From Bispira polyomma (Eukaryota): a stretch of 64,000 nucleotides of DNA. The translations under genes and the position numbers were made by a program. The DNA is taken from assembly GCA_965649765.1 (NCBI GenBank), contig OZ287751.1:92132001-92196000 (forward strand), written 5' to 3'. Of this stretch, positions 1 through 9,877 are shown piece by piece (positions within the stretch are counted from its first letter, which is position 1; every line of letters begins with the position of its first letter). Under the pieces are notes generated by a model that was not told where the DNA came from, ran no database searches, and was given only the letters and a program-made list of their open reading frames with translations.

Positions 1-460
1 AGAAATTTTGCAAAATTGATGGCCAATTTTCCCACCCATCACTTTAGCTGATGGCCAATTTTCCTGATGGGATTTTTTGCTGATGGGATTCACTTGATGG
101 ACATTTTTCCTGATGGGCTTTTTTCAGGAATCTGTTACATGGTGTACACTACTAGGCAGTGCTTGTGTGAATGTGTTATGTACCATTTAGTTAGACAGCA
201 TTTTGTCCCCCTTGCAATTTTGACTACCGTTTTGTCCCTTCGGTATTTTGTACGACGACATTTTGTCCGTGCAGTTGAAATAATTTACATGTATACTAAT
301 AAATTTTGGAGCATCGTTGATATATTTTACAAACAAAACAGTCCTGTAAGACTACTGTGCAATTGTTCCAAAAGGGTCATGGGGTGGACATTACACATGC
401 TAATGTGTGTTCTTCTATGCTATCCTGTTTCTTTTCATATGTTGCAGCTACTCTTAACAG

Positions 461-1189
461 CAGGGTTGGAAGGTTTTTGACGACCATGGATAAAACCTAT
501 GGTTTTATCCGGTTTAAAAAATACTTTGGAAAAAGAGATATCAAGTGTAGCCAAGTTAAAAAAGGGCAAGAAATGTTTGTAAAAAATCCTAGTATATAAT
601 GTAAAAACATCTAAACTTAATCAGAAATATATTGAAAACACTGTAACACTAAACACTCTTTTGTATTACAAATAGGTCAAAATACAACAATTGTGAGACA
701 TTTTAACTCAGGCTACTTATGTTTAAGTTTTAGCCTGCAAAATGTATTCCTAATCCCCTCTGCCTTTAGACACAATCAGATGATTTATGGACATAAGCCC
801 CCCCCCCCCCCACCCCTTATTTCCAAGGGGTTGCAAAAGCTTCCTCTACATAGGACAAATCCCCCCTGCCTTATCACAAATATATGCAAGAAGTAAATCT
901 TGACTGATTTTATGATTTTTTAAGTATTAGTTTTTAGTATTATCATTATCAATTAGATTATAATAATCCTGATTACAATAATCATAAAACCTCATTGTGG
1001 AGTTATTAGTATTAAAGACAAAAAGAGTGACTTGTGATAAAAGCTTTAAAGTGGAGGGTGACAAGTTATGAGTAGAAAAGAGGGTTTTTGACAGTTTTTG
1101 ATGGTTTAAACCAGTTTTTGACGGTTTAAACCTAGTTTTTGACGCCGTCATGTCAAAAACAGGTTTTAGACGACAAAAACCCAACCCTG
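461..1189. mobile_element. Non-autonomous hAT-type DNA transposon
   Basis: Termini CAGGGTTGG...CCAACCCTG flanked by a perfect 8-bp direct repeat CTTAACAG (453-460, 1190-1197). Confidence 0.88.
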
Positions 1190-1312
1190 CTTAACAGGGC
1201 GTCCTATTTCTAGTTATCAATTGCTACCGTTACCCTGGATATTAGGGGCATATTATTATACACATGTAGTCAGTCCAAAATTATTCTTTTATTTTTTTGG
1301 TAAATTTTTCAG

Positions 1313-1460
1313 CCTATAGACTTCATTAGACCATTCACCAATGATGGCGAGAGTAATATGAAAATCCATTTCAACCATGGTACAACAACCCTGGGGTTCA
1401 AGTTCCAGCACGGAGTGATCATAGCTGTAGACTCCAGAGCAACTGCTGGCCAGTGGATTG
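1313..1460 (+). CDS. PSMB5: Proteasome subunit beta5 (PSMB5/8-type), internal coding exon: propeptide end and mature N-terminus with catalytic Thr1
   Basis: ttttcAG at 1311-1312, GT at 1461. 148 nt reading [23 protein letters not shown]|[26 protein letters not shown], the classic HGTTTL...DSRAT beta5 motif. Ends in phase 1. The start-codon exon is not in the window. Confidence 0.97.
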
Positions 1461-2219
1461 GTAAATTGTTTTGTCATCTTTGATCAGGATCATTTGGATA
1501 TAAGTACAGTTCAATACATAATTATCTTAAACCTATCGGTACTTTGATTCGAACTAAAACTGTGTTTAGAAACAAAATTAATTAATTATGAAAAATTAAG
1601 AGGGTTCTGTTTTGTCGTGTTTTAATTTGATGTTTTAAAATAGAACAGTAGGCGGAAGGGGGTGCTGTTGGCTGTTGTGTCTATTTATTTTGAGAATCAT
1701 GGTTACAAAAACAAAATACAGAATTTGTATGAGATTTACTGAGGATTAAATATTGTTTATCTGTTGGACTGCTTGTATTACAATTCACAAACAAGTCGGT
1801 GGCAAAGCAAAATTCAAAATAAGATCCATTGTGACAATACATATTGTACAGATTTTATTTAATTATTAAAAGCAGTAATTTTTTTATCAACCCACCTACC
1901 CAACTTATTTGGTAAAACAAAATCATAGAGATATCTTTCTTTGACATTTTACCTAGTCGTTGTGTTGATTCTGTATTTCTTCATTGACGATAGTTGATGT
2001 TTCCTAGTATGTGTGCAAAACTGAAAATATTCTTTGTACTAACCTTATTATTATTGCCGGCAGTTGTTAAAATTTGTTAAATACTCTTGTCTGCAGTTGT
2101 TATAATTCATTAAATACTACTCAAATCATAAATATTGGGGGAAAATAGTTGGCACAAGTGATGTTTTTTAAATGACAGTCGTTATCATTTATTGATGGTT
2201 ATTACCGTTGTCCTTTTAG

Positions 2220-2331
2220 CCTGGAATGATATCAATAAAGTTATACAGATGGGTCCCTATATGCTGGGTACTATGGCTGGGGGGGCAGCGGATTGTCAGT
2301 ATTGGCATACCTTTATCAAAAAAGAAGCCAG
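2220..2331 (+). CDS. PSMB5: Beta5 alternative exon A: divergent copy of the active-site/S1-pocket exon, putative mutually exclusive exon
   Basis: ccttttAG at 2218-2219, GT at 2332. 112 nt, phase 1 to phase 2, open: (A)[36 protein letters not shown](R). Same length and phases as 4563-4674; 19/38 aa identical. Expression is not shown by the sequence. Confidence 0.85.
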
Positions 2332-2529
2332 GTACCAATCTAGCATTGTGGCGGCAGTTTTGATTTCATAGAGCGAAACACATATATAGCATGAGTTATT
2401 TGATTCAAATTTATTTTCAGAGTATGTTGCGGTTACTTTTGTTTGGTACTGTGTTTAACCGTAATGCATTTATTGTTTTAATGGAGGACAGTAACAAACA
2501 GTGCATGCCATAAATTTTCAGTTCATTAA

Positions 2530-3180
2530 TTGTATCCACCGGAGGAGTAACTCCGGTGGATACTATGGATTAGTCATCGTTACGCCGCCGCCGCCGCCGC
2601 ATCAGTGTATGTAAAGATTTTACCGTTACCGCTCTCCTGGGAAAACTTGTACACCTAGGCTCCTAAAATTTACAGGAAATGTTGTTTATCGCAAAACCTT
2701 GCCAAACTTAAAAGTGCCTATATCTTGCTTATTATTGGTCCGACAGGTTTGGAGTACCAAATAAATCTACAGAAAATCATGGGCTGGGAATCTTTTCATG
2801 CACTCAGATTTGACCTTGAGCCTCTCGTTCAAGGTCAAATGCAGATGGCCAAACTTAAATGGTCAAGGTCAGTCTTGGTCAAACTTAAAAGTGCCTATAT
2901 CTCGCTTATTATTAGTCGTACAGGTTTGGGATGTGAAACCAACCTATAGGAAATCATTTGCTGCTAAGCTTTTGCTGTGGTCAGATTTGACATTAGATCC
3001 CCTGTGCAAGGTCAAATGGGTAGGCCAAACTTTAAAGTGCCTATTTCCCACATGTTTGCAATGTGAAACCCACTTCTGCGATTTAAGGCTTTAGCATAAA
3101 TGCCCTATAGAAAATCATAGGCTCCTAGCTTGGGTGCTAGCTAGGTTGCTTGCTACCTAAAGTGCTTGCTACCTGGGATG
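2530..3180 (+). mobile_element. HINE/Helentron-derived (DINE-1/pearl-like) non-autonomous element
   Basis: Subterminal palindrome GTATCCACCGGAG..CTCCGGTGGATAC, a (GCC)n microsatellite, then degenerate tandem units (ggtcaaacttaaaagtgcctatatct...). Right end approximate. Confidence 0.6.
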
Positions 3181-3409
3181 CTTTGTTGTTTGGTCTAGTT
3201 AATTTTCCTTTGCGGTATATTATATTTTCAAGGTGAGTTGCAGTTATGTGTCCCCAATTGTTTGTTCATCATACACCTGTGTATACAATATAAAAATGTA
3301 AAAAAAAAGTGCAGTACAATTATTTAGATTTATTTAAATTCAGTAGCAGGTTAATATAGTTACAAATAATATCTGAAATAAAACCGAATAATTTAACTAT
3401 ATTTTAGAT

Positions 3410-3727
3410 TAAGGCTGCGAGTCGGGGTGTGTGAAGTGCATCGATTATCGCCCACTCGGACTTGTTGCATCATTCAATGCATCAAAAACTCCATTTTAAC
3501 CAAATAAAGTGCTGATACATACCTAGTCTCTACTGTTTTTTATGTTTTCCCACAATATACCTTCAAATTTATGTGTAAAACGACAGTGTGCTTTTGGGTG
3601 TATACTAAAATTCAGCCAATAGGGAGTACTATATAAATGATCGAGTCGCAAAGCCTGGCTCGATGTATCCTTTTTCTTGTCTCACTCGATTAATGCATCG
3701 ATGCTAGGGCTAATCGTCGCAGCCTTA
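3410..3727. mobile_element. hAT-type MITE
   Basis: TIR TAAGGCTGCGA...TCGCAGCCTTA with 8-bp TSD TTTTAGAT (3402-3409, 3728-3735). Confidence 0.88.
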
Positions 3728-3943
3728 TTTTAGATGTTGGTGACTGTTTACTGACCCAGTGTAAAGTTATAAGATATTTAACAATTTACTAATTTATATA
3801 ATTATCAGTTAATATACTTACAGGTAAAATATGAATGAATGTTGTGGTAGTAGCAGTGTTTTCATTTCAAATTTTAGTTTGAAGTGAGATAAAGGCAGTT
3901 TAGGTGCAGATTTTGTTCCAACTACCGGTATAATGTTACAGAT

Positions 3944-4079
3944 AGAGTAAGGAATCTGAAATTTCCCTCTGTACCAAAATTAGGGCAAAATAAATGCAAA
4001 AATCTCAAATACAGCAAATATTACCCCCAATTCTACAAAAAAACACAGTTGCAGTGGCGAATTTTAGATTCCTTACTCT
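3944..4079. mobile_element. MITE with AGAGTAAGGAATC termini; longer copies at ~18990-19217 and ~30880-31107
   Basis: TIR AGAGTAAGGAATCT...AGATTCCTTACTCT with TA flanks; three related copies in the window. Confidence 0.8.
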
Positions 4080-4325
4080 AATTTTTACAGTATGTATTAT
4101 AAACCTGTCATTAATTCATGGTGTTTTAACATAATTTGTGTATTGGTTTGAAATTTTATCATTTGCCGAATCAGTGTCCACATTTGGTTTGCATAAGCTT
4201 CAATACTTCACTGGACTGTTTCATGTTCAATGACATTACGATGCATTAATGACAGGTTACATATGTTTTGGTATTGATAGAAAATTACTTTTTTTAACAA
4301 TCTGGGTATGCACAAGTTTTTGTTA

Positions 4326-4512
4326 TTCAGTTGTACCCCTCTAAGTAGAACTCTTGTTTAATGGAAGTCCCTTTTGTGTAGACAAAATTCTCCAGTGCGA
4401 TAAACATTCATTTTCCTTTAGAAATCTACCTCTGATAAAGTGGTCATCTTTCTTAAGTAAACAATGTTCTATACTTGTCCCTTGAGGTTCGACTTAAAGA
4501 GGTTCAACTGTA
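4326..4512. mobile_element. Tc1/pogo-like MITE family B (other copies ~16858, 20477, 25009, 38214, 45317, 49816, 53183)
   Basis: CAGT..ACCCCT.TAAGTAGAACTC ... GGTTCAACTG-TA termini shared with many copies. This copy ends ~50 nt before the exon B acceptor. Confidence 0.75.
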
Positions 4513-4562
4513 TTTTGTGCAGTGTTATAATTTTGTGTTGGTGTATGTATGTCATTCTTTAG

Positions 4563-4674
4563 CTTCACAGACAGTTAAAAAGGTGATAGAAATCAACCCC
4601 CACCTGCTGGGTACAATGGCAGGTGGAGCAGCGGACTGTTCTTTTTGGGAGAGGGTGCTAGCTAAACACTGCAG
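4563..4674 (+). CDS. PSMB5: Beta5 canonical exon B (mature residues 27-64)
   Basis: tctttAG at 4561-4562, GT at 4675. 112 nt: (A)[36 protein letters not shown](R), nearly identical to the constitutive beta5 sequence. Confidence 0.97.
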
Positions 4675-4696
4675 GTACACACTTGTGTGCTCCTTA

Positions 4697-5337
4697 TGCC
4701 CAGCCCTACCGGCCTTCACGCAAGTAGTCGTTACAAAAATCGTTTTGCGTAGGGTTTGCGTGGCATTTGCGGGAGTTGATGTAATATACATAAACATACA
4801 TAACCTGACGTGAGAGACGACATGCAAGTAATTCTTAATTTCAAACCGTTTGAAATTTGGACACGCAAGAGATGCAAAAATATGACTTACTGAAACCTTA
4901 ATTTTCACGTAAGCATTGCGACAGTTCGTGTGGGCCAACATGGTTTAACGTAATACAGGTAATAAAGCGAAAGATTACATAAAAATTGATGTAGCATTAC
5001 CTATATTACCGTAAAAAACGTAACCTTAGAACAGATTATGTAGAAAAACGTATATATAACATAAATGACATGGTTTAACGTAATATTACGGCCTTTAACT
5101 TCTCCATGTGCGTCGTCTTACAGGTATTTGCGTGTCCTTGCGTACACATTTTACGTGAATTGTTGCATCAGCTGCGTGTCTTTACAGGTATTGACATACA
5201 AATATGTTCTCTTTGTTACTTAATGCCTTTGACGTAAATAAATCGACTTCCCCTTGGGGTTTTCAACGTGTGCGTGGACTTTGGGAGAGCCCTGCGTGGG
5301 TAACATAGACTAACGTCAATCCGGTGGGACTGGGGCA
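4697..5337. mobile_element. PIF/Harbinger-like non-autonomous element; second copy ~62545-63016
   Basis: TIR-like ends CCCAG.CC.ACCG...CGGTGGGACTGGG. The first ~200 bp closely match 62545-62730. The second copy is flanked by TTA on both sides. Confidence 0.72.
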
Positions 5338-6203
5338 TTTAGGACACCTCTGACTTTCAATTTCGCCTTGCGATTTTCTCCGCTTACCAAGCATGTACTT
5401 TGCACATTTAAAACCGTTCATCGTCGAGTAATTCCTGTATTTAGTCGCAGTCAGGTTTGGTCATATCATGTATAGAGGAAAGTATAGCGATGCCCCCTGC
5501 TGTGCCACATTCATTGAGGAAATTTAGAAAAATCATAAATTTCCGCAATTGCCGTGGATATCTATGCTTATCCACAGTTTTCAGAAGGAAATCTCTGTGG
5601 GTTCAAAATATTATCCTGGTTACTTTGGGGATCTCTATGCGACCGGTTTATCGCCATAAACGTACAGGTATCTTTTTTTTCAACTCGCATAAGTGGGAGG
5701 CACCTTCAATGGATTTTAGTGTCAATTTGTATACAATAATAAAGATGTAGTGGATACTTTAGATTACAGCAGCAGTGTTCTGCGGAGGTTTGAATTTTCA
5801 AATACGCTTTAAAATAACCCGACAGTTTATTGTATAAATTTTTTTGCTTTAAGTTGACCGTCCCATGTTTAAATACAGTGAATATTGCGAATATATTTTC
5901 ATTAATGAATATTTCTTATATTTTTTACAATACCCAAAATAGCTCAAATGTATTGGCAGTAAAACGTTACAGTTATACAGTCTATGAGGCCATTATGAAA
6001 TGTCATTTGTATTCAGTGGTTTGTCTGTTACTGACCCAGTTATCTAGAATCTATCATTTGGAGGGAAATACTCCTCCCAGACTAGCAAGGGGGAAACTCC
6101 TAAAGATACTTACTCTCATAAGAATATACAGCTTTTTGTGAACTTTGACATTTTCCTGATATGATTTTTAAACAAAGAAATTACTGGTTAGAACACTACG
6201 TAA

Positions 6204-6383
<180 letters not shown>

Positions 6384-7443
6384 TGAGTTTAATATTCTAG
6401 TCTTAATGATGCAGTAGATCCTCTTCTGTTAAAATTTCTATTTTGAAAATATTTGATTTGATGAACCAATTTCAACTCTCCCAAATTTATGTTTTCCTGT
6501 ACTGTTTGATAAATAAATGCTTCTTTTATTTTTTTCTCGGCTTTCTATTTTCTGAACAAAACCTTGATCTCCCAACATGGTTAAAGTAGGTTATAGTAGC
6601 TTCTACTGTATTTATTTCCTTAAGAACTTAAGTGATATTTATATTTATGAGTTCAAACAATTAAGAAACAATCGAGGCAGAATTTGTATTTCTTTTCCCC
6701 TGTACCTGTCCTGTATGAGCTCATTATGAATCTATCAGGCAGTAGAAATGTGTTGCCTCCACTTTAATACAATATATTTTGTCATGCCAATGAGCTGTTT
6801 AGAAGATCTACGATGTCCTCGTATATTACATAAGACTTTAAGTTTACAATGGATGACAATTTCACTTAACTTTACAATCTGTTATATTTTCTTTTGTTTT
6901 ACACTAAAATCCCTCTTCTATTTGATAATCTTTTTATTATCCGATCAAAGTCTTGCTGTTCCCCCCAATATGTTTGGATAATAGAATTTCTACTGTATTT
7001 GTACAGTACAATGTCATCCTCTATCCAATGTAACTGTTCTACTCCATTTACAATAGCCTCTCTGTTGCTAGAACTAGTACATAGGCGGTCACAATACCGG
7101 TCATAGTACTGTTTGACGCATGTTTGAATGCTTGAAATGTAGATTTATTAAAAATAAAATCAAGTATTCTGTACTTTAATTCATAGACATGAAGTAGAAT
7201 GTCTTTTCAGTATTAAATTTTCGTCGATAAAGTATTTAAAAATGCAACAGACAGTATTGTGACCCGACGGGTATTATAAACGACTGTGTAATCAAATTAG
7301 GTATAAAGTAGAAGTTGGTTGCAGGTAGAAATAAACTGAGTAGATATTGGACATTTGACTTATGTAGAGCTACTGTAGTTTGTGTGTAGGTTTTGTACAG
7401 GGGGAAACAATGACTTTGATACATACTGTCCCACAATCTCATA

Positions 7444-7691
7444 GGGGGCCGCAGTGGCCTAGTGGTTAGCAAGCATTGCGCTTCACAATCACTGGTCTCT
7501 TATCTCTGGTATTGGCTGGCATGGGTTCAACTCCCGTTGATGCCTATGTGGGAAAGGTGGTAGTTCCTTACTGTGGGCCGCTGGTTTCAGTGCAGAACCT
7601 TGATCAACTGTATGCAGTGTTTCCTCCAGCGTTTCCAACTACCCGTCCCAATATAACCTAAACAAGTACTAGAGTGGATGTTAAATATCCC
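7444..7691 (+). mobile_element. tRNA-derived SINE, family 1
   Basis: A box TGGCCTAGTGG, B box GGTTCAACTCC. Body nearly identical to 38419-38580; related copies at ~9235, 11555, 47523-47740, 52395. Confidence 0.85.
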
Positions 7692-8114
7692 AATTTAAAA
7701 AAACCCACAATCTCACAAACGACCACTGAGCCTAAATTGTTACTGTCCCAGCACAAACATTCAGTGACACTGACAGATAAAAGAGAGAAGTTGAACCCTG
7801 TACCTTAAGGGACCAAGAGTACAACCGCTTATTTAAAACGATGATCTCCACTTTACAGGGTAGATTATAAAGAAAAACACCTTTATGGGAGTGACTACAA
7901 CATTTTTTGCTTGTAAAAAGAAAATTGACTTAACAAGAGTTCTACTTCTAGGGTTTCAACTGTTATCTTGATTCTGACAAGTTGCTGTCCTTTTAACCTT
8001 CCGACCAGGGACCAGGTGGCCAGATGTATCACACTATCCCATAGGTTTCTGGGTCATCAGGCCTGTGTTACTGTGATTCCCAGTAAAGTATGTGTGTTTT
8101 TTTTTTTTGTACAG

Positions 8115-8254
8115 GGCACCATGATCTGTGGATGGGATAAGAAGGGTCCTGGTCTGTATTATGTGGACAGTGATGGTACACGGCTCACCAACAACATCTT
8201 CAGTGTGGGCTCGGGCTCCCCATATGCCTATGGGGTGTTAGACAGTGGATACAA
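8115..8254 (+). CDS. PSMB5: Beta5 coding exon
   Basis: Poly-T tract then acAG, GT at 8255. 140 nt: [46 protein letters not shown], including the GSG motif. Confidence 0.97.
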
Positions 8255-8958
8255 GTATGTATGCTGCTTGTACTATCATTGTGCATAGTGATGCTGTATA
8301 GCTGATCTCATGTTTCATGGGAGAGTACCCCCATGTTGAGCATTACACACCAGATATGATATGTGTACTATGCAGATGTAATAGCAGTATGCATAGTAGA
8401 ACAGCAGTACGGTGAACGCTCCTGGAACACAGCAAATTTAGTCCCTATAAACAGGGTTGGGGCCGATGTAGTAAAAGTGATAGAAAAGTAATAGATTTGC
8501 TAAAATTTCCAAGTAATAGTAATAGATTTCAAAATTTAATATGTAATAGTAGTACTAGATTGCAAAGTAATAGATTTGATCTATTACTTTTCTATTACTT
8601 TCTATTACTTTCATTGTTTCATCATCAAACATATTCTTTTAGGCACTCCCATTGTTACACTGTGTGACAAATTAAATGTTATAAGATTTCACTCACAACA
8701 CAGATTTTAAAGCTATATATTTAAATGAATACTTTTCAACAACCTCATTGACAATGGACATTTGATATATTTTGATTGCCCTTTTTAAAATTATTTTATG
8801 TTAAAAACCCATGTACATATATTCAACTTTTTTGCATTTAGAAGAATTTTTATATTTTGTATTTTAAAAATTGAGTTTGAGATTATTGTAGAATATACAC
8901 CCCATGCATCTCTTGTTCATATTTTGTCCTGTCATACTTCCTATTCGTATATCACTAG

Positions 8959-9053
8959 GTGGGACTTAGAAGTGGATGACGCCTATCAATTGGGGCGAAA
9001 GGCCATTTACCACGCCACGTACAGAGATGCTTTCAGTGGTGGCACCATAAGCT
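8959..9053 (+). CDS. PSMB5: Beta5 coding exon
   Basis: ctAG 8957-8958, GTAAGT at 9054. 95 nt: [31 protein letters not shown], with the RDxxSGG motif. Confidence 0.96.
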
Positions 9054-9577
9054 GTAAGTTGTCGAATGAATGATAAACTGGACACCAGTAACCTTCTGGT
9101 GTCTTTGTATCTACAGTGCTACCTTATTTCCTGGTTGAAAGAACAAGATTTTGTTAGGATAATAGAAAGTTCATAAAATAGATTTTAGAAACAATAATAT
9201 GAGCAAGAAAATCTAAAAGTTTGTTGGGTACTTGCTGTAAGTGGGTGGTTTACAGTGTTTCGGCACTGTGTTTTTTTCCTCCACTGCTAAATCTGGCCAT
9301 CATGACATTACCTAAGCTGTTTAAAGCAGCATAAACCCCAACTAGATTCAAATTATAGGAAAGAAAAAATTGGGACAGCGAAAAAAATAAATAGTTTAAA
9401 TAATAAAATATATTTGAAGAATAAAGTCGAGATATTAGATTTTTTTTAACCATATTTAAAATTGAACGTAATGGTACACAGTATAAGCTTTTCTAGAGTG
9501 ATTATTTACACAGTGTCAACTATTCTAGAGTTATTATTCACAAGTTTTATGTCAGTGTTCTTGTGTTTTTTTTTCAG

Positions 9578-9666
9578 TGTACCACATGAAAGAAACCGGT
9601 TGGGTGAAGGTTTCCATGGATAATGTACTAGATCTCCATTACAAGTATGCTGAAGAGAAGAAATAG
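9578..9666 (+). CDS. PSMB5: Beta5 terminal coding exon
   Basis: Poly-T then cAG 9576-9577. (L)YHMKETGWVKVSMDNVLDLHYKYAEEKK then TAG at 9664-9666. Confidence 0.96.
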
Positions 9667-9725
9667 AACAACTGCAGTGTTAAATACTGGATTGAAAGAA
9701 ACACATTAGTGCTTATACAAGACTC

Positions 9726-9877
9726 ATTAAAAAGTGTATAGTTTATATATGGAAGAGAATTGGGAAGTTATGCACATTTCATTTGGAAATACAAGTGTAA
9801 TACAATTTGCAGACAATTATTTCCTTTAAGTTTGTAAAGTTCCAGATAATGTGCATATTTCTTTCTCATAAAATAAA
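9726..9877 (+). promoter_or_regulatory. Candidate polyadenylation signals of the beta5 gene
   Basis: ATTAAA at 9726-9731 and AATAAA at 9872-9877 downstream of the stop. Motif only, in an AT-rich context. Confidence 0.4.

Noticed and set aside
67-480. 137-aa ORF as the missing first beta5 exon
   Set aside because: No propeptide-like sequence; it overlaps short degenerate repeats typical of transposon ends.
2091-2101. CTGCAGTTGTT upstream of exon A is complementary to AACAACTGCAG just after the stop codon, a possible docking/selector pair
   Set aside because: Only 11 bp, partly palindromic and in the wrong position for a docking site; compatible with chance.
2220-2331. Exon A as a processed pseudogene or fragment of a separate paralog
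   Set aside because: It matches exactly one exon with intact splice sites, has no stops or indels, shows silent-site-biased divergence, and no other duplicated beta5 exon was found in the window.
4552-4941. Similar minus-strand ORFs at 4552-4941 and 62564-62869 suggesting a gene family
   Set aside because: The similarity comes from two copies of the same non-autonomous transposon; no domain is recognisable.
7444-7540. tRNA genes at A/B-box sequences (also 41047, 47523)
   Set aside because: No complete cloverleaf, and they continue into dispersed SINE bodies.
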